A DNA stretch of 64,000 bases from Clostridiales bacterium. GTDB lineage: Bacteria; Bacillota; Clostridia; Christensenellales; UBA1242. The position numbers and the translations under genes are program-made. This document shows positions 60,024 through 64,000 of this stretch, in pieces (position 1 is the first letter of the stretch; every line of letters begins with the position of its first letter). The notes beneath the pieces were generated by a model. It did no database searches, was not told the DNA's origin, and was given only the letters and a program-made list of their open reading frames with translations. Location: the NCBI GenBank assembly GCA_918292005.1, contig CAKJZJ010000017.1, forward strand, positions 5,051 to 69,050, given 5' to 3'.

Positions 60024-60094
60024 TGTCATTCTGAAATGTATCAATCTGAAAATAGCAATTTTGGCTGTGTCATTCTGAACGAAGTGAAGAATCT
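60024..60094 (+). repeat. Tandem TGTC-tagged REP-like units
   Basis: 60024-60047 (degenerate) and 60068-60094 (TGTCATTCTGAACGAAGTGAAGAATCT), the same family as 503-574. Confidence 0.75.
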
Positions 60095-60208
60095 ACTTCA
60101 ATAAAATCTAAATTTATTTTAATAAATCCGTCATCACAAACGTACAAATTCGTTTTGTGAAAAGGATATAATATGCTAAACTACAAAGTAATAAGGCAGG
60201 TATGAATC

Positions 60209-60886
60209 ATGGGTTATTTAATAGTCATAGAAGGTACAGATGGTTCTGGTAAACAGACTCAGGCAGATAGACTACTACTTAGACTACAAATGTTGGGCAA
60301 AAAGGCTATTAAATTTAGTTTTCCTAATTATGACAGCCTGTCATCTGGCCCGGTAAAAATGTATCTAGGTGGAGAATTTGGCGATAATGACAAATCTCTA
60401 GATGCGTATCAGGCTAGTGTGCTATATGCTGTAGATAGGCTATGCACTTATAAAAAGGACATAGAGAAATACTACAACGATGGCTATATAGTAGTGCTAG
60501 ATAGATATGTGCAGTCCAATATGTTACATCAAGCAGGCAAAATTAGAGAGACGGTTGCAGTAGATAAATATCTGGATTGGCTCGATGAATTGGAATTCAA
60601 TACACTACATCTACCTAGAGCAAATAAGGTAATATTCCTAGATGTACCAGTTGATGTTAGTATGGAATTGGCTAGAGCCAGGGGAGACCTAAAAACTGGT
60701 GGTAAAAAGGACATTCACGAGAAAGATCCCAACCATCTAATTCATGCATATAATGCAGGCATCTACGTGGGTGAAAAATATGGCTGGTCTAGGATACAGT
60801 GTACTAGGAATGGTAAAATGAGAACAATAGAAGATATCTCTAATGATATTTTTGATGAAATAAAAGAAGAAATAAAGAGGGTATAG
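60209..60886 (+). CDS. tmk: Thymidylate kinase
   Basis: EGTDGSGKQTQ P-loop and LDRY motifs. Confidence 0.9.
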   Translation: MGYLIVIEGTDGSGKQTQADRLLLRLQMLGKKAIKFSFPNYDSLSSGPVKMYLGGEFGDNDKSLDAYQASVLYAVDRLCTYKKDIEKYYNDGYIVVLDRYVQSNMLHQAGKIRETVAVDKYLDWLDELEFNTLHLPRANKVIFLDVPVDVSMELARARGDLKTGGKKDIHEKDPNHLIHAYNAGIYVGEKYGWSRIQCTRNGKMRTIEDISNDIFDEIKEEIKRV

Positions 60887-60887
60887 T

Positions 60888-62054
60888 ATGGATATCAAAA
60901 TCATTGCATCAACGAGTGTTGGTAATATTGCACCAAAAGATTCTTTTGATACTTTCAGTGGACATGCTGCTGGTGTGTGCTATATGAGTAGCACATTTGA
61001 CGAATTGGTGAATGAAGATCGTTCAAAAACAGCACGTAGAGTGGCTCAGACTAAAAGAGATGGTCATCATAGTGTTTTTGATCATACTAGTATCTCTATG
61101 TATCTGCACGATGTACCTAAAATAGTGGCAATGGTAATTAATAATGAAAAGCAATATACCACTAGTGAAAAATCGGCTAGATATACCCGTATGGCTGCTA
61201 CTCCACAAGAAACTCAATTATACAATAAATGGGTGGAAATATTCAAAAGTAGAATTATTAAAAAGTATGGTAATACCTGCCCACAGTATTTCACAGATAG
61301 TAGAATTGTAAAATTGGCAGAAGAGAATGCTAGACTACTCACATCAGTTTTCACTCCTACATCTTTGATTTACACCACGACATATAGACAATTCAATTAT
61401 TTGATTGCTTTTATTGATAAATTTATCGCTAAAGAAAACAAAGATGAATTTGAGACTAGACTATCGGATAGCCTACAAGAATTCGTAGATAAACTGAAAG
61501 AATTGCCATATTATGATGCAACACTCAATGCCAATGAGAAAAGCAGGGGGCTGTCTATATTCGGTAATGGCAAAAAGGTTGAGGAGTATTATGGCGATGT
61601 GTATGCCACGTCGTACAAGGCTAGTTTCGCCGAATATGCACAGGCTCAGAGACATAGGACTATTAGTTACAATCTACGTGTTCTAGAAGACGAGTATTAT
61701 GTACCTAAGATTATTGCAGATAGTCCAGACTTTACCGAATTATGGATATCGGATATCAAATCTCTAGGTAATACATATCCACAGGCACAATTATGTGAAG
61801 TAAATGAGATGGGTACACTCGATGCATTTATATTGAAAATGAAAGAACGCAAATGTACATATGCACAATTGGAAATCAACCAAATCACAGATGAAACATT
61901 GAAAAAATATGAATATGCATTGCGTATGAAAATACATCCTAGAGCCGAAGAAATGATGGGATATACCAAAGGCAGTAGGTGTACATTCCCAGACTATCAT
62001 TGTTCATCTCCATGTGGATTTGCCGATGGTGTCAATGGTACTAGAGAGATATAA
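60888..62054 (+). CDS. thyX: Flavin-dependent thymidylate synthase, two-domain form
   Basis: GHHSVFDH and SEKSARY in the N-half, QRHRT in the C-half. Lies directly after tmk. Confidence 0.75.
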   Translation: MDIKIIASTSVGNIAPKDSFDTFSGHAAGVCYMSSTFDELVNEDRSKTARRVAQTKRDGHHSVFDHTSISMYLHDVPKIVAMVINNEKQYTTSEKSARYTRMAATPQETQLYNKWVEIFKSRIIKKYGNTCPQYFTDSRIVKLAEENARLLTSVFTPTSLIYTTTYRQFNYLIAFIDKFIAKENKDEFETRLSDSLQEFVDKLKELPYYDATLNANEKSRGLSIFGNGKKVEEYYGDVYATSYKASFAEYAQAQRHRTISYNLRVLEDEYYVPKIIADSPDFTELWISDIKSLGNTYPQAQLCEVNEMGTLDAFILKMKERKCTYAQLEINQITDETLKKYEYALRMKIHPRAEEMMGYTKGSRCTFPDYHCSSPCGFADGVNGTREI

Positions 62055-62061
62055 TAACAAC

Positions 62062-62090
62062 AAAAAAGACCGAGATTTTCGGTCTTTTTT
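62062..62090. terminator. Bidirectional intrinsic terminator
   Basis: AAAAA GACCGA GATT TTCGGTC TTTTTT, between thyX and the VirD4-like gene. Confidence 0.8.
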
Positions 62091-62099
62091 ATTGTTTGA

Positions 62100-63998
62100 T
62101 TAAAAGTCAAATGGATTATTGCCACCACCGAAGCCACCATTATTAGGAGCCTTTTTCAGTATCTTTTGATTACGTACACGTATATCGTAGAATAATGCTT
62201 GTTCATCCAATTGTTGTGGAAGCTTATTATTAGGTGGAGCTTTGGTCATGTCGTATACCGAGCATTTGTAACTAGGTGTGAATACCGACCTAATAGGGTT
62301 ACGCTGTAATATGGATACGATACATTCACCAGAGTTTGGCTTGAGTGATGCGAGCTCGGCAGGGTAGATAAGTGGTCGGGTATCCAGTTGCACGTTAACC
62401 GATTTGCTGGCTTCTGACTCGGCTTTTTCACCTTTGCTAATAGATGTAGTCTCGGTCTCTACAGATATATTACCACATCGTTTACTAAAGTCTTCTAGAG
62501 TGCCCTGGTCATTAGATGCTATGAATATGTGTATATTACAGTTATCTTTGACAGTAGCACTGACATCTTGTCCATATTTAATGGTTAATTGTGCATATGA
62601 TTGTAGGATCAATGTGAAGTATATTCTACGTGATCTAGCAACGGTAATAATAGTCTCAAAATTCTCTATTTTAGGCATATTACCAAATTCATCTAGTAGG
62701 AAGTATACGTCTCTAGGTAGGGCACCACCACGTTTATTGGCGATGTCTACTAGTATTTTATATAGCTGGGATACGAACATTGTAGCTATTGGGTGACGAG
62801 TAGTCTTTTCATCAGGAATTTTAATGAATACTGCTGTTGGTTGATCGGCAAATGTCTTTAGGTCCATCTCATTGGTAGATGTAGCGAAACATATACCCAT
62901 ATCACTGAAAAGTCCCATTCTGTCTGTAACAATACCCATGTAGGATTTCATTGTTTTGTCTGCATTGGTTATAACCTGATTGGCTAGTTGTACAGCCTGA
63001 CTCAGAGTATCACGACCGGCGAAGTAATCTATTAGGGATTTTAGTGGATTGCCTTGGTCGCCATCTTTCATATTTAGTATTTTAGCTAGGTTATAGAAAT
63101 TAAATCTATCCTTGGTCATGCCTAGGTCTGGATTTTCACTATCTTCTAGCATGGCAAGCATAGTACCCAGTACTAGATCTTTGGCACCACGTTCCCATAT
63201 AGGATCGTTATTAGATTGAATAGGGCAGAGTACAGATGCTATATCTTTTAGGTCTTCGAATGCTTCGGTTTTCAGTATTTGCTTTAGCGATGCCTGATGG
63301 TTTTGCAGAGATTGTAGGTCGGCAAATGCATAACCGTCGAATTCGTACCATTCGCCATAATATACCTGACTGACACATTTGAGTGAGAAGTCTCTAGGAT
63401 CATCATTGTGATGGACTTTGACTTCTTTATTTAGATTCATTGCTCTTTCATTTATTTCGTATGCTCTAGTCATTGGATTCCATCTAGCACTTTGGAATGG
63501 CTCTTTTAGGTCGAATACTAGCACACGATAGCCGTTTTTACGTAATTTTTCCGAGTGATTATCATATATTTCACCTTTTGGGTCGGTGATAACTAGGCAT
63601 GGCTTTGCGTGAGATTCGGATAGTATCTGCATGGTAGGGTCTACGAATTGTGTAGTTTTACCAGCACCGGTAGTACCTATGACTAGTGTATGGATTGGTT
63701 TGTACATATTTACATTTAGCTTGTTACCAATGAGCTCGGCTCTAATAGGTATGCCCACATTGTCCGAACGGTGTAGGTCTTCGTAGTAGTGGAATTTAAA
63801 GTCAGGATTCTTTTTCAATTCTTCTACCGATAGCCAATTGGTATCGTAGAATTTCTTTATACCATTTTTAGTTTCTACCTTAGCTCCAGAACTACCGAAT
63901 TTGAATTTACGATTACTGAACCATATAAGTACAGCCAGTAGGGTAATACCGGAGATAATTGTAAAGTAGGATTTAAATTTCTGATGCGTTAGTACTCC
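62100..63998 (-). CDS. virD4: VirD4/TraG-type type IV secretion coupling ATPase, 5' partial
   Basis: Walker A GTTGAGKTT, TDPKGE, WNPM and Walker B FLLDEFGN...RSRRI...ILQSYAQL...YG. The frame stays open to the window edge and includes a TM segment. Confidence 0.85.
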   Translation of the reverse strand, partial: GVLTHQKFKSYFTIISGITLLAVLIWFSNRKFKFGSSGAKVETKNGIKKFYDTNWLSVEELKKNPDFKFHYYEDLHRSDNVGIPIRAELIGNKLNVNMYKPIHTLVIGTTGAGKTTQFVDPTMQILSESHAKPCLVITDPKGEIYDNHSEKLRKNGYRVLVFDLKEPFQSARWNPMTRAYEINERAMNLNKEVKVHHNDDPRDFSLKCVSQVYYGEWYEFDGYAFADLQSLQNHQASLKQILKTEAFEDLKDIASVLCPIQSNNDPIWERGAKDLVLGTMLAMLEDSENPDLGMTKDRFNFYNLAKILNMKDGDQGNPLKSLIDYFAGRDTLSQAVQLANQVITNADKTMKSYMGIVTDRMGLFSDMGICFATSTNEMDLKTFADQPTAVFIKIPDEKTTRHPIATMFVSQLYKILVDIANKRGGALPRDVYFLLDEFGNMPKIENFETIITVARSRRIYFTLILQSYAQLTIKYGQDVSATVKDNCNIHIFIASNDQGTLEDFSKRCGNISVETETTSISKGEKAESEASKSVNVQLDTRPLIYPAELASLKPNSGECIVSILQRNPIRSVFTPSYKCSVYDMTKAPPNNKLPQQLDEQALFYDIRVRNQKILKKAPNNGGFGGGNNPFDF

Positions 63999-64000
63999 CA

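Overview
A 64 kb AT-rich chromosomal segment of a low-GC anaerobic Bacillota, probably Clostridia-like. The taxonomy is inferred from gene content: T-box-led pheST, DegV, rubrerythrin, class III RNR and an RsgI-like domain. Most of the window is housekeeping: dtd, sua5, asnS, argS, pheST, folD, uppS, pepF, nrdD-trxB/nrdG, tmk-thyX, a uracil-type permease, a P-type ATPase, a small glycan operon and one tRNA-Leu(GAG). A VirD4/TraG-type coupling ATPase runs off the right edge. There is no CRISPR array, rRNA, integrase or transposase. The most striking structure is a pair of transposase-less cassettes at about 19380-21214 and 40242-42339. They share a 27-bp left end (25/27 identical) and an 82-83-bp right end (77/83 identical). 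Each sits in the loop of a host terminator hairpin directly after a host stop codon and carries an internal replacement terminator. Each encodes a different multi-zinc-ribbon, Vsr/DUF559-like nuclease with a C-terminal DNA-binding module, in opposite orientations relative to the ends. Other notable items: a branched palindromic element built from the tRNA-Leu 3' end; a recurring tandem-GA/triloop mini-hairpin at four unrelated loci; a 1522-aa CvpA-like repeat protein; a split-motif tandem ThyX; an NrdD-glutaredoxin fusion next to trxB; and several stand-alone ORFans. All family assignments come from motif recognition by eye, with no database search.
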